From: Candidatus Saccharimonadia bacterium
GTDB taxonomy: Bacteria > Patescibacteriota > Saccharimonadia > UBA4664
DNA: 64,000 bases
Reading direction: 5' to 3'
Assembly (NCBI GenBank): GCA_038245115.1
Contig: JBBRSS010000003.1
Span: 3,298-67,297, forward strand
Under the pieces are notes generated by a model. It saw only the letters and a list, made by a program, of their open reading frames with translations, was not told where the DNA came from and ran no database searches. The position numbers were made by a program, and so were the translations under genes. This document shows, piece after piece, positions 63,960 to 64,000 of this stretch. The stretch's first letter is position 1. Each line of letters starts with the position of its first letter.

Positions 63960-64000
63960 CTGTATTGCATTTTCATCGCCCGCGTGCGCGTATGGTATTC

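Larger units (their letters stand above)
58417..64000. mobile_element. Integrative element (prophage-like island) inserted at the 3' end of tRNA-Leu(TAG), extending beyond the window
   Basis: A tRNA-adjacent serine recombinase followed by DUF5681-like, SAH-type HD hydrolase, SRAP, three XRE regulators and small unknown ORFs, mostly on the minus strand. Confidence 0.55.

Noticed and set aside
1-64000. CRISPR arrays
   Set aside because: No regularly spaced short direct repeats were found; the only tandem repeat (10533-10656) has two copies of a structured 27-nt element

Overview
The window is a dense, mostly housekeeping bacterial chromosomal segment (about 57% GC) with many overlapping start/stop codons and at least two leaderless promoters. 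Lineage cannot be fixed from sequence. The gene mix (DipZ-like CcdA-thioredoxin fusion, WxL/DUF916-like surface proteins, PadR/XRE regulators, gatCAB) fits a Gram-positive-type or small-genome (possibly CPR-like) organism. Confident core genes are a P1B-type ATPase (643-2484), tRNA-Cys and tRNA-Leu(TAA), lemA-htpX, ligA, a DipZ-like protein, gatC/gatA/gatB, an MscS channel, dnaE, rplS, rnhB, yraN, pepN, nusA, clpC, radA, a YacL-like PIN-TRAM protein, PBP1A, tyrS, recG, rsmD and tRNA-Leu(TAG). Accessory content: (i) a complete Type I R-M locus (half-hsdS, hsdM, small ORF, KilA-N, hsdS, hsdR, YgjP/M48 peptidase) at 15658-23910, preceded by an AT-rich stretch holding decayed fragments (DUF3800 N-terminus, a NUMOD4-like homing-endonuclease piece, a duplicated 40-nt start region); (ii) an integrative element inserted at the 3' end of tRNA-Leu(TAG), from 58417 to beyond the window end, carrying a large serine recombinase, a small alarmone (ppGpp) hydrolase, an SRAP peptidase and three XRE regulators; (iii) a WxL-like/DUF916-like surface-protein pair beside tRNA-Leu(TAA); (iv) an orphan MazF/PemK-like toxin gene whose start sits on a perfect palindrome; (v) a frameshifted FMN reductase next to an HxlR regulator. 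The most unusual feature is that gatCA and gatB are separated by four tightly coupled genes (a membrane-anchored Rx4H/HEPN-like protein, NUDIX, an unknown protein with a possible 2H motif, HD). This could be an RNA/nucleotide-end processing module built into the tRNA amidotransferase operon. Regulatory signals include a textbook CIRCE (HrcA operator) overlapping the clpC promoter, TTCTAAA palindromes in front of a PadR-like gene, a TGACTTTACAT promoter motif shared by two operons, a tandem UUCG-hairpin repeat in the ligA 3' region, and several rho-independent terminators. No CRISPR array or rRNA was seen.
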